Shown: positions 1 to 9,405 of the stretch, in pieces
Position numbering within the stretch: the first letter of the stretch is position 1
How the letters are laid out: the number at the start of each line of letters is the position of its first letter
Assembly: GCA_965220965.1 (NCBI GenBank)
Contig: OZ244852.1
Coordinates: 1,565,254 to 1,629,253, forward strand
DNA from: Candidatus Marinacidobacterium sp.
GTDB lineage: Bacteria; Acidobacteriota; Vicinamibacteria; Marinacidobacterales; Marinacidobacteraceae
DNA: 64,000 nt
Direction of reading: 5' to 3'
The notes under the pieces: generated by a model
The model's input: only the letters and a program-made list of their open reading frames with translations
Told to the model about the DNA's origin: nothing
Database searches by the model: none
Program-made: the position numbers and the translations under genes

Positions 1-1104
1 GAGAAGCAGCCCCGGCGGGGTCACCGCCCCGGGCGCGACCGAGGCGCCTTCTCCCAGGCAGGCGCCGACCCGGGGAACGCCGACCCGCGCGGTGTGCCGG
101 AGAACCTGGATCTCGCGCACCGGGCCCGACCGGAGCCGGGCGCCGGCGCCCACGACCGCGCCCGGTCCGAGGACGCTGTCGGAGACCACCGCCCCGGCCT
201 CGATGCGCGCTCCCGACAGCAGCACGGCGCGCTCCACCCGGGCGCCGGACTCGATCCGGGCGCCGGCGGCCACCTCGACCGGGCCGGCGAGCCAGGCGTC
301 CTCCGCCACGAACGCCCCCTCCTCCACCAGACGCGCGCCCGGACCCCGGCCCCCTTCGGTCGTCCGGAAGCCGAGGTCCGTCCCCAGCCACGGCGGCTCG
401 CCGTCGAACAGCGGCGCGACCCGCCCGACGAGATCCCAGGCGTAGGTCAGCGGGATCCAGGGCCGCCGGGCGCGCACCGCGCGGACGCCCTTCTCGCGAA
501 TCAGGATCCGGATCAGGTCCGGAAGCTCGAGCTCCCCGCGGACGCTCTCGCCGACCTCTCCCAGGTGTCCCAGATCCTCGCGAAGGAGCGAGTAGGCCCC
601 GATGCTGCTGAGCTCTCCCGGGCGGGCCGCGGGCGGCTTCTCTTCGACGTCCACCAGCCAGTCGTCCGGCGTGACCTCGACGGTGGCGCGGTTCCACGGA
701 TCGGTGGCCTCCTTGCAGAGGATCGCGGTGGGCTCGCCGGACACCCGGGCGAGGTCCTCGCGGTGGTAGAAGTCGTCCCCGTTCATCACGAGCGCCCGCT
801 CCCCGACGAGCGGCGCCGCCACCCGGAGCGCGTCGGCGGTGCCGCGGGCGGTCTGCTGGATCACCGGAACCAGCCGGATGCCGCGGTAGCGCTCGCCGAA
901 GTGGGCGAGGATGCGCCGCCTGCCATGGCCCAGCACGAGGACCGCGGTGTCCACCAGACCCTCGAGCTGATCGAGCATCCGCTCGGTCAGCGGCCGTCCC
1001 CACAGCGGCAGCAGCGGCTTCGGAAAATCGGCGGTCAGCGGCCAGGTGCGGAGCGAACGCCCGGCGAGCAGAAGGACCGCGGTGGGACGCGGAAGCCGGC
1101 TCAT
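1..1104 (-). CDS. sugar-phosphate nucleotidyltransferase with C-terminal left-handed beta-helix (GlmU/ST0452-like); 3' end lies outside the window
   Basis: Absent from the ORF track because it runs off the window edge. My own minus-strand translation from ATG 1104..1102 reads MSRLPRPTAVLLLAGRSLRTWPLTADFPKPLLPLWGRPL (NTP-transferase N-terminal loop) ... VMNGDDFY ..., then hexapeptide-repeat-like GARIESGARVERAVLLSGARIEAGAVVSDSVLGPGAVVGAGARL. The frame stays open to position 1. Confidence 0.75.
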   Translation of the reverse strand, partial: MSRLPRPTAVLLLAGRSLRTWPLTADFPKPLLPLWGRPLTERMLDQLEGLVDTAVLVLGHGRRRILAHFGERYRGIRLVPVIQQTARGTADALRVAAPLVGERALVMNGDDFYHREDLARVSGEPTAILCKEATDPWNRATVEVTPDDWLVDVEEKPPAARPGELSSIGAYSLLREDLGHLGEVGESVRGELELPDLIRILIREKGVRAVRARRPWIPLTYAWDLVGRVAPLFDGEPPWLGTDLGFRTTEGGRGPGARLVEEGAFVAEDAWLAGPVEVAAGARIESGARVERAVLLSGARIEAGAVVSDSVLGPGAVVGAGARLRSGPVREIQVLRHTARVGVPRVGACLGEGASVAPGAVTPPGLLL

Positions 1105-1292
1105 CCGATCGCTCCCGGCGCCCGTCGAGCCGATCCGGCCGGCCCGGGGCCCCTTGGTATCATGCCGCGCCCGCCCGCCGTTTCCCGTGTGCCGGGAAAC
1201 CCGGGGCGCCCCCAGTTCTTGAAGCGAGTCCCCCCCGCCGCGCACCGGGAGCGCCCTGACCCAGGGCGTTCTCCGAAGCGTCCCCGGACGGG

Positions 1293-2465
1293 TTGTTGAG
1301 CTCCACAGCCAGCGGAGGATCGGTGCGTCTTTTCACCTCCGAGTCGGTCACCATCGGACACCCCGACAAGGTCGCCGACCAGATCTCGGACGCGATCCTC
1401 GACGAGTTCCTCGCCGGCGATCCGCTCTCGCGGGTGGCGTGCGAGACGCTGGTCACCGCCGGCCGCTGCGTGGCCTCCGGCGAAGTCGCATCCAGCGCGC
1501 TGCCGGACACGGCGCGCATCGAAGCGGTCGTCCGGTCGACGATCCGCTCGATCGGCTACTGCCGGGCCGAAGACGACTTCGACGCGGACGGCGTACGAGT
1601 CGAGATCCTCCTCGGACGCCAGACGCGGGACATCGGCATGGGAGTGGACCAGGGCGGCGCCGGAGACCAGGGGATGATGTTCGGCTTCGCCTGCGACGAG
1701 ACTCCGGAGTTCATGCCGCTTCCGATCGTGCTCGCTCACCGGATCACCCGGCGGCTCGCCGAAGTGCGCCGCAGCGGCGAGATCCCGTACCTCGGGCCGG
1801 ACGGCAAGGCGCAGGTCACCGTGGCCTACGACGACACCGGCGCGGTCGTCGGGATCCCGACGGTCGTGACCTCGACGCAGCACAGCGCGGAGGCCTCGGA
1901 ACGGGTCCACCGGGACGTCGAACACATCGTCGTCCGGCCGTCCCTCCCCGAGCGGTTCCGGGAGGAACCGCGAGACGTGCTGATCAATCCGACGGGGCGC
2001 TTCGTGGCCGGCGGACCCGCGGCCGACTGCGGACTCACCGGCCGGAAGATTATCGTCGATACCTATGGCGGCATGGCCCGCCACGGGGGCGGCGCCTTCT
2101 CCGGCAAGGACCCCACGAAGGTGGACCGCTCGGCCGCCTACATGGCCCGTCTGGTCGCGAAGACCATCGTGGCCGCCGGGGTCGCCCGGCGCGCCGAGGT
2201 GCAGTTGGCCTACGCGATCGGCAAGGCCGAGCCGGTCTCGGTGCGGGTGGACACTTTCGGAACCGGCGCCGCCCCGGAACCGGCGATCGAACGCGCAGTG
2301 CGCGAGGTGTTCGGGCTCACCCCGGCGCGGATCATCGAGGCGCTCGACCTCCGGCGCCCGATCTACGCCGCCACCGCCCAAAACGGCCACTTCGGACACG
2401 AGGGCCCCGGTTTCTCCTGGGAGCGGACCGACCGGGCTTCGGACCTCGCGGCCGCCATCGGCTGA
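1293..2465 (+). CDS. metK: S-adenosylmethionine synthetase
   Basis: ORF 1293..2465 contains [36 protein letters not shown] and [19 protein letters not shown], all MetK hallmarks. The track start is TTG 1293. GTG at 1323 (VRLFTSESV) is an equally plausible start. Confidence 0.95.
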   Translation: MLSSTASGGSVRLFTSESVTIGHPDKVADQISDAILDEFLAGDPLSRVACETLVTAGRCVASGEVASSALPDTARIEAVVRSTIRSIGYCRAEDDFDADGVRVEILLGRQTRDIGMGVDQGGAGDQGMMFGFACDETPEFMPLPIVLAHRITRRLAEVRRSGEIPYLGPDGKAQVTVAYDDTGAVVGIPTVVTSTQHSAEASERVHRDVEHIVVRPSLPERFREEPRDVLINPTGRFVAGGPAADCGLTGRKIIVDTYGGMARHGGGAFSGKDPTKVDRSAAYMARLVAKTIVAAGVARRAEVQLAYAIGKAEPVSVRVDTFGTGAAPEPAIERAVREVFGLTPARIIEALDLRRPIYAATAQNGHFGHEGPGFSWERTDRASDLAAAIG

Positions 2466-2473
2466 GGGCCGGG

Positions 2474-5368
2474 TTGAGTCGGCGGCCGGCGCTCTCCCCG
2501 CTTCCGGCGCGCTTCGAACCGGAGGAAATCGAGAGCGAAGCCCGGGACCGCTGGACCGAGGCTCGCGCCTTCGAGAGCGAGGTGGACCCGGCCGGGACGC
2601 CGCGCGCCGGGGGGGATCCGGCGAAAGAGCCCTTCACGGTGGTCATCCCGCCGCCCAACATCACCGGGCGGCTCCACATGGGCCACGCCCTGAACAACAC
2701 GATCCAGGACGTGCTCGTCCGCTACCGGCGGATGGAGGGCCGCGACGCACTCTGGGTTCCGGGAACCGACCACGCCGGGATCTCGACCCAGACGGTGGTC
2801 CGAAAGCACCTCGACGCCCGGGGGGTGGACTACCGGGCGCTCGGCCGCGACGCGTTCATCGAACGGGTCTGGGAATGGCGGGAGCAGTACGGCGGCGTCA
2901 TCCTCGACCAGCTCTCGCGGCTGGGCGCGTCGTGCGACTTCCGCCGCACCCGGTTCACGATGGACGAGGGCCTCTCGAGGGCGGTGCGGACCGTCTTCAA
3001 GGCGCTCTACGACCGGGGGCTGATCTACCGGGGAAAGCGGGTCGTCAACTGGTGTCCGGTGGACCGCACCGCGCTCTCCGACGACGAAGTGGAGACCGCG
3101 CCGGAAGGGGAACCCGGCCACCTGTGGTCCATCGCCTACCCCCTTGAGGACGACCCCGGAGAGCGCCTGGTCGTCGCGACCACCCGGCCGGAGACGCTGT
3201 TCGGGGACGTGGCGGTCGCCGTCCACCCCGAGGACGAGCGCTATCGCCGCTTCGTCGGCCGCCAGGTGCGCCTCCCGCTCACCGACCGCCGGATTCCGGT
3301 GATCGCCGACGAGGGCGTGGAGCGCGGCTTCGGGACCGGCGCGCTCAAGATCACTCCCGCGCACGACCCGCACGACTTCGAGATCGGATCGCGGCACGAC
3401 CTGACCCCGCTCAACGTGATGAACGAGGACGCCACGCTGAACGACGAGGTCCCGGCGCCCTTCCGCGGGATGGACCGGTTCGTCGCGCGCGAGCGGACGG
3501 TCGAGGCGCTCGAGGCCGCCGGCCTGCTGGAATCGGTGACGGCGCACCGGGTGCCGCTCGGGCGGGCGCAGCGCTCCGGCGTCCCCATCGAGTACCGACT
3601 CTCCGACCAGTGGTTCGTCCGGATGCGGCCGCTCGCCGACCGGGCGCTGCGCGCGAGCGGCTGGGAGCAGCAGGACGGCGAATGGCGGAAGGTGTCCGAG
3701 GGGGGGCTCCGGTTCCACCCGCCCCGCTGGGAGACGGTCTACGCCCGCTGGCTCATCGGCATCCGCGACTGGACCATCAGCCGCCAGATCTGGTGGGGGC
3801 ACCGGATCCCGGCCTGGCGCCACGCGGAAACCGGCGAGACGCTGGTGTCGGTGGACACGCCGCCCGAGGTCCTCGCCGAACCGGACGCCTGGCGTCAGGA
3901 CGAGGATGTCCTCGACACCTGGTTCAGCTCCTGGCTCTGGCCGATGAGCACGCTGGGCTGGCCGGACCGGACCCCCGATCTGGACCGGTATTACCCCACC
4001 TCGGTGCTCTCCACCGACAAGGGCATCCTCTTCTTCTGGGTGGCCCGGATGAACTTCGCCGGGCTCGAGATGACCGGCAAGCTGCCCTACCGGGATGTCT
4101 ACATCCATCCCACCGTGCTCGACGAGCGCGGGGCGGTGATGAGCAAGAGCAAGGGCAACGGGGTCGATCCGCTGGCGGTGATCTCGGGCGCCACGCTCGA
4201 GGAGCTGAAGCGTCCGGTGGAGGAGGCCCGCCCGACGAACGCGGCGCAACTGCTCCAGCGGATCGAGCGCGCCTTCCCCGAAGGCTTCGAGGGGGTGGGG
4301 GCCGACGCCCTGCGCTTCACGCTGGTCCGGCTCTGCTCCGAGGGGCAGGAGATGCGGCTCTCGCTCGGGAAGTTCCACGAGCTGGGGCGCCGGTTCCTGA
4401 CCAAGCTCTGGAACGCCTCGCGGTTCGTGCTGATGGCGGTCGACGAGGTGGACGAAACGACCCAGAAGGCGCCGCCGGCGCCGGAAGACCGCTGGATCGA
4501 ATCGCGGGCCGCCGCCTGCTCGGCCGAGGTGCGACGGGCGCTCGACGAGTTCGACTTCGCCTCGGTGGGCTCGACGCTCTACCGGTTCGTCTGGAACGAC
4601 TTCTGCGACTGGTACGTGGAGCTCGCCAAGGCGCGGCGGCGGGACGGGCCGGCGGCGGCCCGCCGCACCGCCGCCACCCTGGGACGGGTGCTGAACCGGG
4701 TTCTCCACCTGCTCCACCCGGTGGCGCCCTTCGTCACCGAGTTCCTCTTCACGCGGCTCGTAACCGCCATGGACGAGAAGGCGCTTTGGGAGGACGACCG
4801 GCCGGACGCGGAGGTGCTGGCGCGGAGCGCGTTCCCGGCGGGCGACGACCCCCGTGCGCCGGAGTTGGAAGGACGCTTCGAGGCGCTGCAACGCCTCGTG
4901 TCCTCGGTCAGGAAGCTGCGCGCCGACGCCGGATTGCCCCCTGACCTCCGGCTTCCGGTCTCGGTCCGTGAATCCCCCGCGCTCCCCGGCTTCGCCGAAC
5001 TGCTCGCCGGCTGCCGGACGCCGGTCATGGCGCTCGGCCGCTTCGCGTCGCTCGAGGTCGTCGGCGAGGCGCCGGGGGCCCGCCCCGATGCGCCCGCCAG
5101 CGGGATCCAGATCGTGGACCCGGGGTTCGAGGCCTGGACCCGGCTCGGGGAGGCGGTGGATCTCTCCGCCGTGCGTCGGCGGGTGGAGTCGCAGCTCGGC
5201 CAGATCCGGAAGCAGGCCGCGGGCAGCCAGAAGCGCCTGGAGAACCCCCGCTTCGTCGAGCGGGCCGACCCGGCGGTCGTCGCGGAACAGCGCGCCCGGC
5301 TCGATTCGCTGACCGATCAGGCCGCGAGACTGGAGGCGCTGGCGACCCAACTGGGAGAAGAGGCTTAG
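2474..5368 (+). CDS. valS: valyl-tRNA synthetase
   Basis: Lies in the long ORF 1439..5368. Conserved sequence begins after the metK stop: PFTVVIPPPNITGRLHMGHALNNTIQD (HIGH motif), WVPGTDHAGISTQ, VMSKSKGNGVDP (KMSKS), and a C-terminal coiled coil. In-frame TTG at 2474 is the first start after the metK stop. Confidence 0.93.
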   Translation: MSRRPALSPLPARFEPEEIESEARDRWTEARAFESEVDPAGTPRAGGDPAKEPFTVVIPPPNITGRLHMGHALNNTIQDVLVRYRRMEGRDALWVPGTDHAGISTQTVVRKHLDARGVDYRALGRDAFIERVWEWREQYGGVILDQLSRLGASCDFRRTRFTMDEGLSRAVRTVFKALYDRGLIYRGKRVVNWCPVDRTALSDDEVETAPEGEPGHLWSIAYPLEDDPGERLVVATTRPETLFGDVAVAVHPEDERYRRFVGRQVRLPLTDRRIPVIADEGVERGFGTGALKITPAHDPHDFEIGSRHDLTPLNVMNEDATLNDEVPAPFRGMDRFVARERTVEALEAAGLLESVTAHRVPLGRAQRSGVPIEYRLSDQWFVRMRPLADRALRASGWEQQDGEWRKVSEGGLRFHPPRWETVYARWLIGIRDWTISRQIWWGHRIPAWRHAETGETLVSVDTPPEVLAEPDAWRQDEDVLDTWFSSWLWPMSTLGWPDRTPDLDRYYPTSVLSTDKGILFFWVARMNFAGLEMTGKLPYRDVYIHPTVLDERGAVMSKSKGNGVDPLAVISGATLEELKRPVEEARPTNAAQLLQRIERAFPEGFEGVGADALRFTLVRLCSEGQEMRLSLGKFHELGRRFLTKLWNASRFVLMAVDEVDETTQKAPPAPEDRWIESRAAACSAEVRRALDEFDFASVGSTLYRFVWNDFCDWYVELAKARRRDGPAAARRTAATLGRVLNRVLHLLHPVAPFVTEFLFTRLVTAMDEKALWEDDRPDAEVLARSAFPAGDDPRAPELEGRFEALQRLVSSVRKLRADAGLPPDLRLPVSVRESPALPGFAELLAGCRTPVMALGRFASLEVVGEAPGARPDAPASGIQIVDPGFEAWTRLGEAVDLSAVRRRVESQLGQIRKQAAGSQKRLENPRFVERADPAVVAEQRARLDSLTDQAARLEALATQLGEEA

Positions 5369-5420
5369 ACTTAGCCGGACGGCTGGCCCCTCGTCCGCGA
5401 GGACGCTGTCGTCGGACGAC

Positions 5421-5999
5421 ATGCCCCCGCGCCGCGAGAACCCGGCTCGCTCCGCTCCCCGGGGTCTCTTCGCGGCGCCCGCCGGCGCCGCGGCGAAGCC
5501 GGAGAAGCCGACAGCCGCGCCGGGGGCCCCGACCGCCGCGGATCCCGCGAACGGCGGGAAACCGGCGCCGCGCCGCGGCGCCGCCAGACCCCCGACCCTC
5601 ACGCGGCAGGTCCGGATCGCGCGCACCGCGGCGCACCGGCGGGCCGCCGCGAAAGCCCGCTCGCTCATGGCGCAGCCGGGTCAGTGGGCGCCGTGGTTCG
5701 CGGTCGCCGCGGTGGTGGTGGCGGCCGCCGCTTCCGGGGCCCGCGGCTACGAGACCCTCTCCGCCCAGCGCGACCGGATCCGGACGCTGTCGACGGAGAT
5801 CGCCGGGCTCGAGGCGGAGGCCGCGACGCTTCAGGCGCGGATCGCAAGCCTCGAGAACGATCCGGCCGCGCTCGAACTGCTCGCCCGCGGCGAGCACCAG
5901 ATGGCGCTTCCCGGAGAGATCGTCGCCCTGCTCGAGTTCCCCGAGCCTCCGGCGCCGGCCGAAGGGGCCGAGGAGGGCGTCTCCCCGCCTACTCGATGA
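5421..5999 (+). CDS. ftsB: septum formation initiator (FtsB/DivIC family)
   Basis: Single TM helix (WAPWFAVAAVVVAAAASGA) followed by a coiled coil (LSAQRDRIRTLSTEIAGLEAEAATLQARIASLENDPAALELLARGEHQMALPGEIV), the typical FtsB layout. The Ala/Pro-rich N-terminal 82 codons are doubtful; the alternative start is ATG 5667. Confidence 0.7.
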   Translation: MPPRRENPARSAPRGLFAAPAGAAAKPEKPTAAPGAPTAADPANGGKPAPRRGAARPPTLTRQVRIARTAAHRRAAAKARSLMAQPGQWAPWFAVAAVVVAAAASGARGYETLSAQRDRIRTLSTEIAGLEAEAATLQARIASLENDPAALELLARGEHQMALPGEIVALLEFPEPPAPAEGAEEGVSPPTR

Positions 6000-6765
6000 G
6001 GTAGCGGAGAGACATCACCTCTCCGGCGCGCTCCACCTGGAGTTCGAGTTCGCGGGCGGTCTGAAACCGCTGGGCCAGGATCGCGAGCGATTCCATGCCG
6101 CGGACCTCGCGGCCGTTCACCTCCATCAGGACGTCCCCGGGGGCGAGCCCGGTCTCGCCGAGCAGGGTGTCTGTGGGGAAGTCGATGAGCTCGAGGCCGA
6201 CGACCTCGTTGCCGAGCACCCGGGGCGCCACCACCGCCCCGGTGAGGATCCGGGGGAGTTCCGACGCGAGCCGGAGCCTCACCTCGTCGCGGGAGAAGCG
6301 CCTTTCGCCGCTCGCCCGCGCCCCGGCGGGGGGCAAGGGCGGCGAAGCGAGCTCGCCGGGTCCCCGCAAATCGGCTCCATCGATCCCGTCGGAGGCGGAG
6401 CGCTCCTCGGCGGGCGGCGCTTCCGGAGGGGGTGGCGGATCCGCCTCCGGAAGCACAGCCTCCGGGGGAGCGGGCGCGGGCCCCGGTTCGGGGAACGGCA
6501 CGTGGAAGGGCGTTCCGGACGCCGGCCGCAGAACGACGCCGCTCCCGGAGACCTCGAGGAGGAGGAACCCGGATTCGCTCTCGCCCACGCGAAGAACCCG
6601 GGGTCGACGGTCCCCGAACCGAAGGAGCGCGGTCCCGCCCGGCTCCTGGACGACGACGCCGTAGAGCCGGATCTCCTGACGGTCGATGTTCTCGTCGGCC
6701 GGCTGGGCGCGGGCGCCGGACGCGGCGACCAGCAGGACGAGCGCGAGAGCGGCGAATCGGAACAC
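5989..6765 (-). CDS. secreted GspC-like protein (T2SS-C N-terminal domain plus C-terminal PDZ)
   Basis: Signal peptide MFRFAALALVLLVAASGARAQ. GspC-type N-domain IRLYGVVVQEPGGTALLRFGDRRPRVLRVGE. Pro-rich linker. PDZ-like C-terminus GLAPGDVLMEVNGREVRGMESLAILAQ. No other T2SS genes in the window. Confidence 0.65.
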   Translation of the reverse strand: MFRFAALALVLLVAASGARAQPADENIDRQEIRLYGVVVQEPGGTALLRFGDRRPRVLRVGESESGFLLLEVSGSGVVLRPASGTPFHVPFPEPGPAPAPPEAVLPEADPPPPPEAPPAEERSASDGIDGADLRGPGELASPPLPPAGARASGERRFSRDEVRLRLASELPRILTGAVVAPRVLGNEVVGLELIDFPTDTLLGETGLAPGDVLMEVNGREVRGMESLAILAQRFQTARELELQVERAGEVMSLRYLIE

Positions 6766-6955
6766 GAGGCGGACTGTCTGACCGTTCCCGGAGTGTAGGC
6801 GGCGGCGCCCGCCGGAGACGCTTCGGGGCCCGGCGCTATACTGATTTCAAGCACCCGGCAGCTCGGCCGGCGCCAAAAACGCCGCCCGGAGAGCGCTTCC
6901 CGGGGTCCGCGGTCCGGCTCTTCGCCGATGCTTCGGAAATCGGGACGGCGCCGCC

Positions 6956-9403
6956 GTGGGATGTCCCGGAGTCTTCCGGGGCGGCGCCCCGGTGGCGGAT
7001 TTCGGGCGACGGCGCCGCACCACCTGTCGAACGGCGGCCCGTCGCTCCGACGCGCTCGTCCTCCCCCGGGGGGCGGCCGCGTGGGAGGCGTCTCCCGCCT
7101 GCCGACCCCCGTCCGTCGCCTGCTGGAAGCCGCCTTTCGACGTCCTTCGGGACCCGGAGGCAGGCCGCGGACGGGAGCCGGTCCGGTGTGTTCCCCGCCG
7201 GGGCCGCATTTGCCCCGCGCGGACACCCGATCCCGAAGCCGCGGGACGCGATCCCCGCCGACATTCTCCGGCGGCATCGCCTCCCGTCCGGCGCCCACCC
7301 ACCGACCGACCCATCCCGAAAGACTCCCGAGAGCCCCCAACCCACCGCTCTTCGCGGCGCGGCCCGAAGCGCCCGCGCCGGCGACCCGATTCGCTGTTCA
7401 GCGGCCTGGGACGCGCCCTCTCGGCCCTCACCCGACACTGGCCGGGGCGGATTCTGCTCGCCGTCGGGGCGGTGTGGGTCCTGGCGCTGGTGGGGGGCCT
7501 GCCGCCCTCCTGGGCGCAGGACGCCGGGCTCGTCTTCTTCGTCACGCTGGGACTCACCGGCGTCTGGTTCGGGCGCGACCTGCTCCACTGGCTGCTCTAC
7601 CCGGTCCGCCGGAAGCTGGTCATCTCGTATCTGTTCATCGGTCTGCTCCCGGTCCTGCTGCTGACCGCCTTCTTCCTCTCCTCCGCCTACGTGGTGCTCG
7701 GGGAGTTCGGGTTTTACGCCCTGGAGGCCAATCTGGGGGCGCGCGGGGCCGCCTTCTCGGCGGCCGGCCGCGACCTGCTGATCGAGCTTCCCCGCCGCGC
7801 GCCGCGAACGGACGCGGAAGCCGCGCTGGACGCCGCGGCCAGCGAGCTCGCGGCGCTCGCCCCCGGGGTCTCGGTCCACCTCCTCGAGCTGAGCGAGCGA
7901 CGCATCGCCAGAAGCCTGGCGTCCCGCCCGGCGGAGGGCGGTCCGGCGCCCATCCCGGAGATCGGTCTCGCGCCGGACTGGGCGGAGGAGCCCTACGAGG
8001 GCGTCGTCCAGACGCGGACCGGAGCGTGGTTCGCCGCGGTGATCCCCGATCCGAGGACCGCGCGGATCGCCGCCGTCTTCGCCCCTCTGACGCCGGTGCT
8101 CACCCGGAGCGCCGCCGAGGAGGAACTCGGCGTGCGGCAGATCATGGGCCTGTTCGTCGGCGCCGACGAGGAAAACCCGCCCGCCTTCGAAACGCTGGGC
8201 GCGGGGGGCGACGGCGGCCGGTTCACGCTCCAGGCGTTCCAGGTGTTCCTGCTGGAGGCGCTCCCTTGGAACGCCGAGCTCGGAGGCGGACGCGTCCTGG
8301 TGCGATTCGCGTTCGCTCCCCTCGGCCTCATCCAGGGAACGACCAGCGGGGTGGCCGACTCGGTCGCGCTGAACGACGAGGACACCGGGGCCAGCCTGCT
8401 CGTCGCGCTCGCCGTCCTCGGCGTGGTGTTCCTGCTGATCGAGTTCGCCGCGCTCGTGGTGGGCGTCCGGCTGGCCCGTTCCATGACCCGTTCCGTCGAG
8501 TCGCTCAGCCGGGGCACGCGGCGGGTGCGCGAGGGGAACTTCGGTCACGAGGTCCGGGTGGCGTCCCGGGACCAGCTTGGCGAGCTCGCCGGCTCGTTCA
8601 ACATCATGACCGCGAAGATCAGCGACGACATGGATCGCCTCCGGCAGGCGTCGGTGCTGGAGCAGGAAATGGAGACGGCCCGTGAGTCGCAGGCCCGGCT
8701 TCTTCCTCCGGAGGGATCGGTCCGCGTTCCCGGATTCGCGGTCGCGGCGGTCTGCCGGCCGGCGACCCAGGTCGGGGGGGACTACTACGACCTCATCGCC
8801 CTCGGACCGGATCGGCTCGGCGTCGTGATCGCCGATGTGTCCGGCACCGGCGCGCGCGCCGCATTCACGATGGCCGAGCTCAAGGGGATCATCCTCGCGC
8901 TCTCCCGGCTCCACGAGTCCCCCCGCCAGGTGCTCATCGAGGCGAACCGGGCGCTGCACGGCGCGCTCGACTCGCGGACCTTCATCACGATCACCTATGC
9001 GGTGTTCGACTCCCGCTCCGGACGGGTCACGTTCGCCCGGGCGGGGCACAGTCCGCTGATCCACCTCAGCCGCAACGGCGAGTGGCCCCGGTCGGAGGCG
9101 CTGACCCCGGCGGGCCTCGGCCTGGCGATGGACCCGGGGCCCGTCTTCGAGGCGGTGCTGGAGGAGCGTTCGGCGAAGCTGGACCCAGGCGCGACCTGGC
9201 TGCTGTTCACCGATGGCGTCTCGGAGGCCATGAACTCCGAATCCGAAATGTTCGGGGAAGAGCGCCTCATGCGCCTCCTCGAGGACAACGCCGGCCGGTC
9301 GCCGGCCGACATGCAGCGCACGGTGGAGGAGGCTGTCCTCCGGTTCACCGGCGGCGAAACCCACGCGGACGACCTGACCATGGTGTTCGTCCAGGTGCAG
9401 TGA
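6956..9403 (+). CDS. membrane-bound HAMP domain / PP2C-type (SpoIIE, RsbU-like) serine phosphatase
   Basis: N-terminal TM helices (ILLAVGAVWVLALVGG, LVFFVTLGLTGVWFG, LVISYLFIGLLPVLLLTAFFL). HAMP (VRLARSMTRSVESLSRGTRRVREGNFGHEVRVASRDQLGELAGSFNIM). SpoIIE core (ARESQARLLPP, VGGDYYD, VVIADVSGTGARAA, LFTDGVSEA, DDLTMVFV). The start is uncertain: in-frame starts exist only at GTG 6956, GTG 6992 and GTG 7472, and 7472 would truncate the first TM helix. The first ~140 codons are Arg/Pro-rich and may not be coding. Confidence 0.85.
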   Translation: MGCPGVFRGGAPVADFGRRRRTTCRTAARRSDALVLPRGAAAWEASPACRPPSVACWKPPFDVLRDPEAGRGREPVRCVPRRGRICPARTPDPEAAGRDPRRHSPAASPPVRRPPTDRPIPKDSREPPTHRSSRRGPKRPRRRPDSLFSGLGRALSALTRHWPGRILLAVGAVWVLALVGGLPPSWAQDAGLVFFVTLGLTGVWFGRDLLHWLLYPVRRKLVISYLFIGLLPVLLLTAFFLSSAYVVLGEFGFYALEANLGARGAAFSAAGRDLLIELPRRAPRTDAEAALDAAASELAALAPGVSVHLLELSERRIARSLASRPAEGGPAPIPEIGLAPDWAEEPYEGVVQTRTGAWFAAVIPDPRTARIAAVFAPLTPVLTRSAAEEELGVRQIMGLFVGADEENPPAFETLGAGGDGGRFTLQAFQVFLLEALPWNAELGGGRVLVRFAFAPLGLIQGTTSGVADSVALNDEDTGASLLVALAVLGVVFLLIEFAALVVGVRLARSMTRSVESLSRGTRRVREGNFGHEVRVASRDQLGELAGSFNIMTAKISDDMDRLRQASVLEQEMETARESQARLLPPEGSVRVPGFAVAAVCRPATQVGGDYYDLIALGPDRLGVVIADVSGTGARAAFTMAELKGIILALSRLHESPRQVLIEANRALHGALDSRTFITITYAVFDSRSGRVTFARAGHSPLIHLSRNGEWPRSEALTPAGLGLAMDPGPVFEAVLEERSAKLDPGATWLLFTDGVSEAMNSESEMFGEERLMRLLEDNAGRSPADMQRTVEEAVLRFTGGETHADDLTMVFVQVQ

Positions 9404-9405
9404 AA

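Noticed and set aside
1105-1292. Possible SAM riboswitch upstream of metK.
   Set aside because: I looked for SAM-I/SAM-IV core elements (for example the GGCAACC-type junction and the kink-turn/AUC-GAG features) and for SAM-II/V-like pseudoknot signatures and found none. Only generic GC hairpins (gtttccc-gtgtgcc-gggaaac) and a TATCAT -10-like hexamer are present. An Rfam scan would be decisive.
1439-2473. N-terminal 345 codons of the 1309-aa ORF containing valS. Analogous 5' extensions occur in the ORF track for glpX (11860), the FecR-like gene (14031), pnp (21895), gdhA (40629), the amidohydrolase (51115), PfkB (49379), GH4 (50485), and sufT/sufU/sufS/sufC/sufB.
   Set aside because: The extensions overlap well-supported upstream genes in other frames and are Arg/Pro-rich. 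Conserved sequence begins at internal starts that fit operon spacing.
2363-5668. 1101-aa minus-strand ORF antisense to valS. Similar giant shadow ORFs: 19817..23578 (+), 24471..27263 (+), 6836..9412 (-), 35892..38078 (-), 40487..42601 (-), 45464..49111 (+), 48438..49973 (-), 14112..15218 (-).
   Set aside because: Their composition is dominated by Arg/Pro/Gly/Ala with no recognisable motifs. Each lies opposite to, or out of frame with, a gene carrying unmistakable conserved motifs. Long stop-free antisense frames are expected at this GC content.
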